Below are positions 22,536 to 31,182 of a stretch of 44,044 nucleotides of DNA, piece after piece; the first letter of the stretch is position 1; each line of letters begins with the position of its first letter. Under the pieces are notes generated by a model that searched no databases, was not told the origin of the DNA, and worked only from the letters and a program-made list of their open reading frames with translations. Source of the stretch: Silvanigrellaceae bacterium. Lineage in GTDB: Bacteria > Bdellovibrionota_B > Oligoflexia > Silvanigrellales > Silvanigrellaceae. The DNA is taken from contig JBMSQQ010000019.1 in assembly GCA_049423385.1 (NCBI GenBank), forward strand, positions 1 through 44,044. Reading direction: 5' to 3'. The position numbers were made by a program, and so were the translations under genes.

Positions 22536-24005
22536 ATGGCACTGCACCTGCACAATACACTGAGTGGACGCAAAGAACCTTTCCGTCCGAATTCCAATAC
22601 GGTCAAAATGTATTGCTGCGGCGTCACGCCCTACAGCAACACCCACATCGGTCACAGCAGAACCTTTTTCTCTTATGATCTTTTATACAGAACCCTGGCG
22701 GATCAAAACTACGACGTACAATGGGCGCGCAACATCACTGACGTCGACGACAAAATTATCAAAAAAGCCAATGACGAGGGTGTTTCCTGCACAGAAATCG
22801 TCAATCGATACGTCAGCGAGCAGGACGAAATGCTGGCGCATTTCAAATTGCATCGTCCCCAGCACGAACCCAAGGTCACTGAAAACATCCCTCAAATCAT
22901 CGCCCTGATTGAAAAACTTATCGTCCGTGGTTTCGCATACACTTCGAGCAGTGGTGTCTACTTTAGAGTCAGGAAATTTTCAGGCTACGGCAAGCTCAGC
23001 AAAAACAACATTGATGATCTGCGCCAGGGTGTTCGCATCGAGGTCGACGAATCCAAGGAAGATGCGCTCGATTTCGCTCTTTGGAAGTTTGCCAAACCAA
23101 ATGAAATCAAATGGACCAGCCCGTGGGGCGAGGGAAGACCCGGTTGGCATATTGAATGTTCGGCCATGATTCACGCCTTGTTTGGCGACACCATCGATAT
23201 TCACATGGGTGGACGGGACCTCATCTTTCCACATCATGAAGCCGAGATTGCCCAGTCCGAAGGAGCCACAGGTCGACCGTTTTCATCATTTTGGTTGCAT
23301 GCCGGCATGGTCACGCTCTACGGCGAGAAAATGTCGAAAAGTACAAACCACTACGTTTCAATTGCTGACTTCCTCGGAAAATACCCGCAAGAAGTTTTAC
23401 GCCTGACGTTTCTTTCCGTCAGTTATTCACAGCCGCTCGACTTCACCATGGAGTTGGCTGATGAGAACTTCAAGAAGCTGGCAAAAATTTATCGCTTCGT
23501 TGAGCTGTTGGATCGGTACTCCGCCGAAGGTTTCAATGAAACCACACAAAGCACCCTTGAAGTGCTTGGCAGCCTTGATCAATTGACTCAAAAAATGCGC
23601 GACGCCCTGGCCGATGACCTCAACAGCGCCGCTGCGCTGGGAGTGTTCTTCGAAGCCGTCCGCAACATCAACGCGGGTCTGGCATCTGTCGAAAAGGCAG
23701 GCCGCTCCCTGAGCAAGATCGATTCGGAACGGCTGCAAAACAACTGGCCACTTGTCAAAGCATGGCTGACCAACACGCTGGGTCTTGTTCAACGCACACC
23801 CGCCGAGTTCTTTGCCAGCCTCGCCCAGTACAGGCTTGGCGGACAACTGAGTCCCGACGACATCGAGCAAAAGCTTGCCGACCGCCACTCGGCGCGTGCA
23901 TCGAAAGATTGGGCCGCTGCCGACAAGATTCGGGATGAATTGCTCTCGCAAGGAGTCATCATCCAGGACACCCCTCGCGGCACCCGGTGGACGCTTCAGA
24001 TTTAA
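22536..24005 (+). CDS. cysS: Cysteine--tRNA ligase
   Basis: CGVTPY, HIGH, NITDVDDKII, GRPGWHIECSAM, DLIFPHHE, KMSKS. Confidence 0.98.
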   Translation: MALHLHNTLSGRKEPFRPNSNTVKMYCCGVTPYSNTHIGHSRTFFSYDLLYRTLADQNYDVQWARNITDVDDKIIKKANDEGVSCTEIVNRYVSEQDEMLAHFKLHRPQHEPKVTENIPQIIALIEKLIVRGFAYTSSSGVYFRVRKFSGYGKLSKNNIDDLRQGVRIEVDESKEDALDFALWKFAKPNEIKWTSPWGEGRPGWHIECSAMIHALFGDTIDIHMGGRDLIFPHHEAEIAQSEGATGRPFSSFWLHAGMVTLYGEKMSKSTNHYVSIADFLGKYPQEVLRLTFLSVSYSQPLDFTMELADENFKKLAKIYRFVELLDRYSAEGFNETTQSTLEVLGSLDQLTQKMRDALADDLNSAAALGVFFEAVRNINAGLASVEKAGRSLSKIDSERLQNNWPLVKAWLTNTLGLVQRTPAEFFASLAQYRLGGQLSPDDIEQKLADRHSARASKDWAAADKIRDELLSQGVIIQDTPRGTRWTLQI

Positions 24006-24071
24006 TTTACTTGAAAAGGGTTGGCCGACTTGAATTTCATCGTTCAACGCGGCAGACTCAGGGCAATCTGC

Positions 24072-24148
24072 GGGTCGTTAGCTCAGCTGGATAGAGCAAC
24101 GGTCTTCGAAACCGTTGGTCAGGGGTTCGAATCCCTTACGGCCCGCCA
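24072..24148 (+). tRNA. tRNA-Arg (anticodon TCG)
   Basis: Acceptor GGGTCGT/ACGGCCC+G+CCA, D-arm GCTCAGCTGGATAGAGC, anticodon arm ACGGT-CT-TCG-AA-ACCGT, T-loop GGTTCGAATCC. Confidence 0.96.
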
Positions 24149-24168
24149 TTCTTTCCCGAGACCCGGCG

Positions 24169-25077
24169 TCAGAATCCGGATTCCTGCAGATGCGGAAAGC
24201 GTGACAGAATAATTCTCTCGATTTCAACCGCTGTCTCTTCCAGGGCTTTGCCAGTCACATCAAGAACCGGCCAGCGCTTGTTGCGCTTGAAGATTTCGCG
24301 CGACCATTCAAGCTCTTCGAAAATCTTGGCAACGTTTGCGTAATCACCGGTGCCAGAACTTCCCAAAGCCTCAATGCGGGCGGTGCGAATCTCTGTCAGA
24401 CGGGCAGGGTCAATCACCAGACCAACAATCTTGTTCTGATCGACTTCAAAAATTTCGGTGGGGAGTTCTGTCCCTGGAACAAGCGGCACATTGGCCACTT
24501 TATAGCCCTTGTGACCCAGATACATGCTCAGTGGAGTCTTTGATGTTCTGGATATTCCAACCAGAAGGATGTCCGCTTCCTGAAGATCGTGCAATGCCAA
24601 ACCGTCGTCATGCCGAACCGTGTATTCAACAGCCCAAACGCGCTTGAAATAGTCCTGATCCAATTGGCGCAACAACCCGGGAATTGCACTCGGGCGACGA
24701 CCCAGCTGACTCGACAAGGTTTCCAGCAAAGGAAACAAAACATCAACGATGTGCACTCCCAGCTGCATGCCCCGGGAAATCAAATAAACCCTCAGCTCGG
24801 GGTCAACGATGGTTGCGACAATTGTCGCGTTTTCACGCAGCGCGCGCTGCAGAAGGTGTTCCAAAACCTCACGGGTACGAACCTTGTTGAATCGTTCGAT
24901 TTGAATCTCGGCATTTTCGAACTGGACCTTCACAGCCCGAACAATGCTCATGGCAGTCTCACCTGTACCATCGGACACAGTGAACACCGTTGGGGTACCT
25001 TTTTCTGTCGAGTTAGATTCCAATTCCACAAACGACCTCTTCAGATGTGGGAGTGACACACAGTCTAAACCATTCAT
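24169..25077 (-). CDS. ppsR: PEP synthase/pyruvate phosphate dikinase regulatory kinase-phosphorylase (DUF299)
   Basis: VSDGTGETA, DYFKRV..VEY...HDDG, GISRTSKTPLS, ANVPLV, DVTGKALEETA. Confidence 0.93.
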   Translation of the reverse strand: MNGLDCVSLPHLKRSFVELESNSTEKGTPTVFTVSDGTGETAMSIVRAVKVQFENAEIQIERFNKVRTREVLEHLLQRALRENATIVATIVDPELRVYLISRGMQLGVHIVDVLFPLLETLSSQLGRRPSAIPGLLRQLDQDYFKRVWAVEYTVRHDDGLALHDLQEADILLVGISRTSKTPLSMYLGHKGYKVANVPLVPGTELPTEIFEVDQNKIVGLVIDPARLTEIRTARIEALGSSGTGDYANVAKIFEELEWSREIFKRNKRWPVLDVTGKALEETAVEIERIILSRFPHLQESGF

Positions 25078-25256
25078 CGCCAGGACCTCCCGATGAAACA
25101 CCCCTCCGAATGCTTGGCAGGGCTGTCATACTTTCAATTATTTCAACATATTCACCCTAAAAATGAAATCCTCCCCGGTTTCGACGGGGGGCCTTCCCCA
25201 GAGTCTCAGGCACAGTGTCACCCGGCTCGCCCAAGCCCGCAACAGAAACACCGGTT

Positions 25257-27185
25257 TTAAACCCGCTCCTCTGAGTCCAGTTCACTGCGCACAACAGACA
25301 TACCCGTCGGATACAAATGGGGAAACACGGTTGCTCTGGCCGCAAAAGTTGCCAAGGCCACCAATTCAAGGGCCTCCCACATTCTCAATTCGGAATCATC
25401 CATTTCGAATCCAGCAGCCGCTTCAGATGCAGCGTGATTGAGGAACTTTCGACAGCTCTCAAAAGCGAGTTCGGCAGCAGAAGGCCTTTTCCCATCCCAA
25501 ATCTTCAGGGGATAACCACCAAGCCGAGAGGCCGCTCGCGCGTAAAACAAAGTCCCCTTGCCAGGATCGACACACCTGGAATGAAGCCACTTCACCACCT
25601 GGCGCGCTCGATCCAAATGCAATCGCTGATGCGTCACCAAAAATGCCTCAGTGCATGCACTGAGCAACGCAGCCAAGTCGTCCGCAAATGCCTGGCCACG
25701 CAAGACACCATTGTCGAACAGATGCGCCGGAACCTCTGAATCGTTCACAAATCTTGACCAGAGAAGATCCATTTTCAAGAGAGCAGCATCAATATACTTG
25801 CGCTGTCCCATTGCAACGCCAGCGCGGATAAAACCAACGATTGCGATGGCATTGTCGCTCAGAACGACCCGCTGATCCTTTCGAGGAGCCGACTTAGCCT
25901 GTCTGTATCGCCGCAACCGGGAAAGGCTTTCGGCCAGCATTTGTCGGCCTCTTTCAACTTCAATCCCGCGGACACCGCAAAACGCCTGGAGCGAAGAAGG
26001 ACGCGAAAGCGCGTTGGAGCCTTTGTAATTTCCGGCCCGCGTCACACCCCAGAAAGCCAATCCAAACTCGCGCAATTCAGGGTTAAAGTCGAACAATTCC
26101 GCCACAGCTTCGAAATCGAAAACAAAATGACCGCTTTCCTCATCGTCGTGGTCGGCAAAAACCGACGAAATGTACAGACCACTTTTCGGACAACACATTT
26201 CCTGCTGCAGGAAACTGAAAATTTCCTCAACCGAAATTTCAAAGTCTGACGACTTTTCCGCATTCAAACCGCACAGAATTTCGGCTGCCTGAGCGTAAAG
26301 TGGCAACAATTGCGCGTTGTCCACGAGAGTCTTTTCCAGGCGCGGGTTCATCCACCTGGCATCCGTGCAGGCCGAAAAGACTCCTCCACCCACCTGATCG
26401 GTGATTGCTCCACAGCGTATTTTGTCGAGCGTAAGAATTGCAGCGGCCGATTTCTTTTTGTCCCCGGAGTTCAAAAGCGCAGACAATGCATCGACGTGAA
26501 GGTCTCTGGGTGCGCCGCCGATTCCACCATGTTCCGGATCGACGGATTGCTCAAGGGCGTTCAGCCCTTGTTCCGCGAATCTTGCAATAAATTTGCAAAT
26601 TTTAGCAGTGTCGAGCGCCGAATCTTCAAATCTTTTTTCCAGTGCCCTCAATGAAAATTCCTCAGTTGCCCGACGAATTGCGTCTGCCGCAGAGGCAGCT
26701 CTGCGAAAAGTCTCCTCCGACTCTTCGCCAAATATTTTCAGCGCATCTCTGCATACATCCAAAAAAGACGGGTTGGTCCGAGTTGGCTCATGTGGAAAAA
26801 AACCACCTCCACAAAATGGCTGTCCCAGGTGGTTCAGAAAAACATTCATCAAGCCGGGATTTTCGCGCGCCCCGATGAGAAGCAAATATTCACGATACTC
26901 ATCCTCGAGGTCAGGCCTCTCCAGAGCATCAACTGAAATGCAAATAAAATTTTGATTTAAAAATTCGGCCGTCTCTTCGTCATCAAAGTTTTCATCGATC
27001 ATCCTTGTCGAGACTGCCGAACCAAAAGACTGTAGACTCAAAAAAATTGGCCTTTTTAGTTTGTCTGCAAGGGCAAAAGATTCTTCACTCCATTCTCGCC
27101 ACAGCACAAGGGAATGACTCTGCCGGAGTGCATCGGCAACATCCTGGTTCGGCACATCCACTGATGAAGAAAATTCGTTGGACAT
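25257..27185 (-). CDS. YyaL/SPATA20-like protein (DUF255 thioredoxin-like + alpha/alpha barrel), divergent
   Basis: W..E.F..A....RPIFLS, FLNQNFICISVD..ERPD, DQVGGG, EKTLVDNAQL; the CxxC motif is missing. Confidence 0.85.
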   Translation of the reverse strand: MSNEFSSSVDVPNQDVADALRQSHSLVLWREWSEESFALADKLKRPIFLSLQSFGSAVSTRMIDENFDDEETAEFLNQNFICISVDALERPDLEDEYREYLLLIGARENPGLMNVFLNHLGQPFCGGGFFPHEPTRTNPSFLDVCRDALKIFGEESEETFRRAASAADAIRRATEEFSLRALEKRFEDSALDTAKICKFIARFAEQGLNALEQSVDPEHGGIGGAPRDLHVDALSALLNSGDKKKSAAAILTLDKIRCGAITDQVGGGVFSACTDARWMNPRLEKTLVDNAQLLPLYAQAAEILCGLNAEKSSDFEISVEEIFSFLQQEMCCPKSGLYISSVFADHDDEESGHFVFDFEAVAELFDFNPELREFGLAFWGVTRAGNYKGSNALSRPSSLQAFCGVRGIEVERGRQMLAESLSRLRRYRQAKSAPRKDQRVVLSDNAIAIVGFIRAGVAMGQRKYIDAALLKMDLLWSRFVNDSEVPAHLFDNGVLRGQAFADDLAALLSACTEAFLVTHQRLHLDRARQVVKWLHSRCVDPGKGTLFYARAASRLGGYPLKIWDGKRPSAAELAFESCRKFLNHAASEAAAGFEMDDSELRMWEALELVALATFAARATVFPHLYPTGMSVVRSELDSEERV

Positions 27186-27239
27186 TAAAAAAGCCCCTCT
27201 CAATCCAAAGGAGAGGGGCGTCTAGCACACAAAATCGAA

Positions 27240-27776
27240 CTACGACACGGCCTTGCCGTTGCCAATCTGGGAAGGCGGCGGAGCGCCTTCCTCGGTGACC
27301 TTGGTGACCGGCAAACGGTTTGAATCTTCTTCACCCACAAAAATTGAAGTCAACACTTCCAGAAAAGTCTCGGGTCCATCTTTCTTGGAGAAAATCGCAT
27401 CCGGCAGGTGCCCACCCGGAGCCTTCACTTCTGTCATGGTTTCAAGGTTTCCAAGAATGCTGACATAGACGATGACGGCAGACGATTTTGATTCGCGAAG
27501 ATATCCAAGCGTTTCAACCCCATGCATGACAGGCATGATGACGTCGAGAGATATGACGTCTGGTCTGGTCTTCTCCGCGAGAGCAAGACACTCCAATCCA
27601 TTTGACGCCTCACCAATGACCTGCATTCCCAGGCCTTCGAAGATCTCCGAAATCCTCCGACGCTGCGAGACACTGTCATCGACAACAATTACTCTGCGGC
27701 CAACCAAGGCGTTCTGTCTGTCAACGCCTCGCGACGGTGGATTCCGGTCACTTTGTGATGCAATGCGCACAGCCAT
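27240..27776 (-). CDS. Stand-alone response regulator receiver protein (CheY/CheB-receiver-like)
   Basis: VIVVDDS, GEASNG, PDVISLDVIMPVMHG, Ser after beta4, Lys in FSKK; AAGGAGG before ATG 27776. Confidence 0.85.
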   Translation of the reverse strand: MAVRIASQSDRNPPSRGVDRQNALVGRRVIVVDDSVSQRRRISEIFEGLGMQVIGEASNGLECLALAEKTRPDVISLDVIMPVMHGVETLGYLRESKSSAVIVYVSILGNLETMTEVKAPGGHLPDAIFSKKDGPETFLEVLTSIFVGEEDSNRLPVTKVTEEGAPPPSQIGNGKAVS

Positions 27777-27838
27777 ATGCCGATTCCTCCTTGCTGCGGG
27801 AGAGGTCGGCGAGGAAATAGACAAACTTGACAGAAAAT

Positions 27839-28663
27839 TCAAAAAAACCTGAGAATACTGATTGTTATAAAAACCTCGGAAATACAGACGAGTGCACCGA
27901 GCAGGTCGCCATTGAGCGCCTCACTGCGACGCACGAGCGAATGCAAAACCAAACCACCGGCAATCCAGGCGAACAACCAACACAAAAAGCCTGTCAGGAT
28001 TTTTTCCGAAGAAAGGAAAACTTGCGCTTCAAACGCTTGGAGTTCGAATGCCCTCTCAAGAAAAAAACAAATGAAGATTCCGAGAGCACAGGAAATGAGC
28101 AACATCATTGCCGCATATCGGAATCCCACAGACTGCATCACATGCGACGAACGGGCCGATCGGGCTTGGTCGATCCGGGAGGAGAAAAGCAGGCCCAGGC
28201 CGAGAGAATTGACCCTTGAAAAAAGACAGACCAGTGCCCAGGCCACCAATGAAAGTCGAGACTGCGCGACCACAACCAGCCGAAATGCCCAGAACAAAAC
28301 AAGAGCGCTGACACCAAATGTGCCAAGACGAGGATCCTTGAAAGTGGAATGAATCTTCTCCAGTGACTCGTTCGAGTTGAATTTGGAGACGCCCAATGAA
28401 TCGGCGGTGTCGGCAAGGCCATCCTCGTGAAAGAATCCCGTCAACATCGACAACCCGACAAAGCCCAGGGCTGGCGACCAGTGCCGCTGGCCTTCTCCCA
28501 AAAGCAGGACTGCCACATAAGAAAAAAACAAAAAAACCAGGGTTTGCAGCAAAGGGCCCAGGAACACACCCGATGGCCTGAAAGTCTTTGCGTTTGCCAC
28601 CGGCCAGCGAAAAAAGAAACTCCAGCCGGAAATCAGATAATCGAGCACAATCACCTGCCTCAA
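27839..28663 (-). CDS. cobS: Adenosylcobinamide-GDP ribazoletransferase (cobalamin synthase)
   Basis: Polytopic membrane protein; TGFFHEDGLADTAD, KDPRLGTFG, NGDLLGA..E. Confidence 0.88.
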   Translation of the reverse strand: MRQVIVLDYLISGWSFFFRWPVANAKTFRPSGVFLGPLLQTLVFLFFSYVAVLLLGEGQRHWSPALGFVGLSMLTGFFHEDGLADTADSLGVSKFNSNESLEKIHSTFKDPRLGTFGVSALVLFWAFRLVVVAQSRLSLVAWALVCLFSRVNSLGLGLLFSSRIDQARSARSSHVMQSVGFRYAAMMLLISCALGIFICFFLERAFELQAFEAQVFLSSEKILTGFLCWLFAWIAGGLVLHSLVRRSEALNGDLLGALVCISEVFITISILRFF

Positions 28664-30243
28664 ATTTCGGTCTCTGCCCGAGGACTCACAACTTCACTGG
28701 AAACACGTTGCTGCACCAATTTTGAATCGATCGGAACCCGCAATTCATCTTCACGGGCGACGAAAATTCGTCTGATGACAATCTCTTCATCCAGCCGGTT
28801 GACCAGTCTTGAGTGCAACTCGATAGGCTCCAGAAAACGCAAGCCGTGCACATCTTTAACCACAACTTTCAAGGTGTTTCTCGAGTGGCGATCGCGCCCG
28901 CGGGGTGAAAAGCGCGTCAAGCTCGTGCTGCTTTCAATCATTTCTGCCGGTACGCTTTGCGAGCGCAAAAAGTTCAAGGTTGCAGGACAAAGGCTGGGCT
29001 GATTCTTGAGCTGATCCACAGGCACGCTTTCCTCGTAAACCCGCTTCCAAAGTTTGCGCCCAAAAAGCAGATCAGCAAGCAACTCAATGCCGCGCTCGCG
29101 TCCATTGGACACATGCTTCTGCGCATAAGAATAGAAGGACGAATCATCGAGCTCGAGAAACTGATCAAGTTCCAGTGGCAAGGAAAACCTGTTGAGCGTC
29201 TTGTGAATTGCCTCGAGCATGGCTTCGCAGGCAGTAGCAGTTTTATGAAAATAGACCTGCTGGTACATGCTCCACCGCGCACGCAGATAATCCTCAAAAG
29301 CCGCGACACCACTTCTGCGGATGGCAAGATGAAAATTGGAGGTTGATTCGTCCTTGTAAAAGCAGGCAGAATCGAGAATCCGACCCGCATCGAACAAACC
29401 GTAGACCACTCCACACTCGCGAGAATCGCGGAGCAAATAATCCATTCTGTCGACGTCAATTTCGCCACTGACAACTTCGTGGAGCAAAGACTGCAAGCCG
29501 CTCTGTTGAAGGATGCCTCCTGGATTCGCCTGTACATCCAGATCAAGAATCGCGCAGACATCCTGCCCCAATCCAAATTCCAGCAACTCATCTTGTCCCG
29601 AAAAAATCCGGGCGACGATCATCAGAGTATAAATTTCATGACGAACACGCGACTCAATCGCTTGTGGGTGCTTTTGTTTCTGCTTGTCAATCTTCTTTCC
29701 GAACGCTTCCATCAGGTATTTTGGCAGACCAAGAGTGGCCAAAGACTGCTCAAGCTCTCGCCAGGAGGGCATGAAACGTTCGAGACTGTGAGAAAAAGGC
29801 GCATGACCGACGTCATGCAACAACGCAGCGAGCCGAAGTATCTGCGCCACTTCTCCATGTTTGAGCCACTGCAACGCTTGTCGAGTGTCGCTCAAATTCC
29901 CGTGATGCAGCTCTGTCAGTGAATGAGATTTCTGAACCGTGTGCGGCAGCTGTGAGAGTGATTCGTTCAACGCAGCAAGAATTCGCTCTTGATTCGAAAT
30001 CAAGGAATTGAGCAATACGCCCGCCATATGCATCACACCCAGCGCATGAACAAACCGGGTGTGTGTCGCTCCCGGAAAAACGTACTTGATGAATGCTGTT
30101 TGCTGAATGCGCCGCATGCGCTGAAACTCGGCAGTATCGATCACCCGTTTTTCAATCAAGGTGAAAGAGATGGTGTCGTGCAAAGGGTCTCGCACCTTGC
30201 CGATGAACATCAACGATTCGGTGGGCTTCGAGATTGCAGACAT
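28660..30243 (-). CDS. HD-domain phosphohydrolase, dNTP triphosphohydrolase (SAMHD1/YwfO-like) family
   Basis: RDPLH, FQRMRRIQQ, FPGATHTRFVHALG, ALLHDVGHAPFSH, DVDRMDYLLRD, MYQQVYFHK. Confidence 0.92.
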   Translation of the reverse strand: MSAISKPTESLMFIGKVRDPLHDTISFTLIEKRVIDTAEFQRMRRIQQTAFIKYVFPGATHTRFVHALGVMHMAGVLLNSLISNQERILAALNESLSQLPHTVQKSHSLTELHHGNLSDTRQALQWLKHGEVAQILRLAALLHDVGHAPFSHSLERFMPSWRELEQSLATLGLPKYLMEAFGKKIDKQKQKHPQAIESRVRHEIYTLMIVARIFSGQDELLEFGLGQDVCAILDLDVQANPGGILQQSGLQSLLHEVVSGEIDVDRMDYLLRDSRECGVVYGLFDAGRILDSACFYKDESTSNFHLAIRRSGVAAFEDYLRARWSMYQQVYFHKTATACEAMLEAIHKTLNRFSLPLELDQFLELDDSSFYSYAQKHVSNGRERGIELLADLLFGRKLWKRVYEESVPVDQLKNQPSLCPATLNFLRSQSVPAEMIESSTSLTRFSPRGRDRHSRNTLKVVVKDVHGLRFLEPIELHSRLVNRLDEEIVIRRIFVAREDELRVPIDSKLVQQRVSSEVVSPRAETEI

Positions 30244-30401
30244 GTGAGTGGCACTCCCCGGGGTGAAACATGCGTGGGCAACGCAAATTCAGTCTTTGGA
30301 TGATTTAAACCATGCGATCGGGCAAGGGCTTTTCCGCGCGTGCCTCACAGATCAGCAATTTTGATTGACACCCTCGGTGAAAGCGTGTTACCCAACCCTT
30401 T

Positions 30402-30552
30402 ACCTTTGCGAAAGGGGTCTTCTTACTTTCGGGCAATGCTTACAAAAATATCAGCAAGTTATCCAGATTCGCTCCTGTTCAGGGAAGTCGAACGTCGTGG
30501 TTTTCTAGCTGGTTGAGCCACGCTCCAGAAGAAAGATTCCATGGCAAAGGTT
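30402..30552 (+). ncRNA. Candidate structured RNA in the carD upstream region (6S-like layout or structured leader)
   Basis: Manual pairing: ACCTTTGC(30402-09)/GCAAAGGT(30545-52), GGGGTCTT/AAGATTCC, A-rich internal segment, inner stems; TTGACA at 30365. Confidence 0.3.
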
Positions 30553-30625
30553 TTGCTGAACGAGACGCAGGTGAACGAGTGGCATCCCGGCGGCTCGTGA
30601 ACCACTTCTCCTGGAGGGCTGAGAA

Positions 30626-31126
30626 ATGAGTTCAGAGAAAATCATGTTTGGTGTCGGCGAAAGGGCAGTTTATCCCTGCCATGGCGTTGGAACCATTGAA
30701 AATATTGAAAGCTGCGAAATCGCCGGGACGAAACAAGATTTTTACGTACTTAAAATTCACGCGACCGGTGCAAAAGTGATGGTTCCCACACGTGCGGCAC
30801 AAACCGTGGGATTGCGTGCGGTTATCTCGCCACGCGAAGTTGAAAAGATCTATGACATATTGAAGTCACCGTCGAAAAAATCGACAGCGACCTGGAATCG
30901 TCGCTTTCGCGCCCTCAATGAAAAGCTCAACACGGGCAATCTTGTCGAAATCGCCGAAGTTCTTCGCGACCTCTCGAGCCTGCGCAACGACAAGGATCTT
31001 TCATTTGGTGAAAAGAAAATGCTCGAGCGTGCACGTGCGATGATTGTTTCGGAAATTTCCGCAGCCAAGAATCTCGACCGCTGCTCTGTTGAAACAGAAC
31101 TGAATCATATCCTGTTGCCCGTTTGA
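30626..31126 (+). CDS. carD: CarD/CdnL family RNA-polymerase-binding transcription factor
   Basis: FGVGERAVYPCHGVGTI, VMVP, GLR, TWNRRFR (conserved Trp), EVLRDL, LSFGEKKML. Confidence 0.95.
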   Translation: MSSEKIMFGVGERAVYPCHGVGTIENIESCEIAGTKQDFYVLKIHATGAKVMVPTRAAQTVGLRAVISPREVEKIYDILKSPSKKSTATWNRRFRALNEKLNTGNLVEIAEVLRDLSSLRNDKDLSFGEKKMLERARAMIVSEISAAKNLDRCSVETELNHILLPV

Positions 31127-31149
31127 TACATCCACGAAATTCTGCACGG

Positions 31150-31182
31150 AAAAAAGCTGCGGCACTGTCCGCGGCTTTTTTT
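31150..31182. terminator. Bidirectional intrinsic terminator between carD and tgt
   Basis: A6-GCTGCGG-CACTGT-CCGCGGC-T7. Confidence 0.85.

Noticed and set aside
24072..24168. tRNA-Arg as an integration site
   Set aside because: A housekeeping gene ends 20 nt downstream; no integrase or repeated tRNA 3' end seen
25157..25256. GC-rich intergenic segment containing CTGGGGAAGGC (minus) and TCTCAGGC (plus), reminiscent of cobalamin or glycine riboswitch fragments
   Set aside because: The other conserved aptamer elements are missing, the segment is short, and the downstream gene does not fit; probably a simple hairpin or terminator
27777..27842. TTG start of the receiver gene overlapping the cobS stop
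   Set aside because: A strong AAGGAGG precedes ATG 27776, which is the better start
28660..30243. HD dNTPase as an anti-phage defence gene
   Set aside because: Motifs fit the widespread YwfO/SAMHD1-like housekeeping group and the context is core genome, not a defence island
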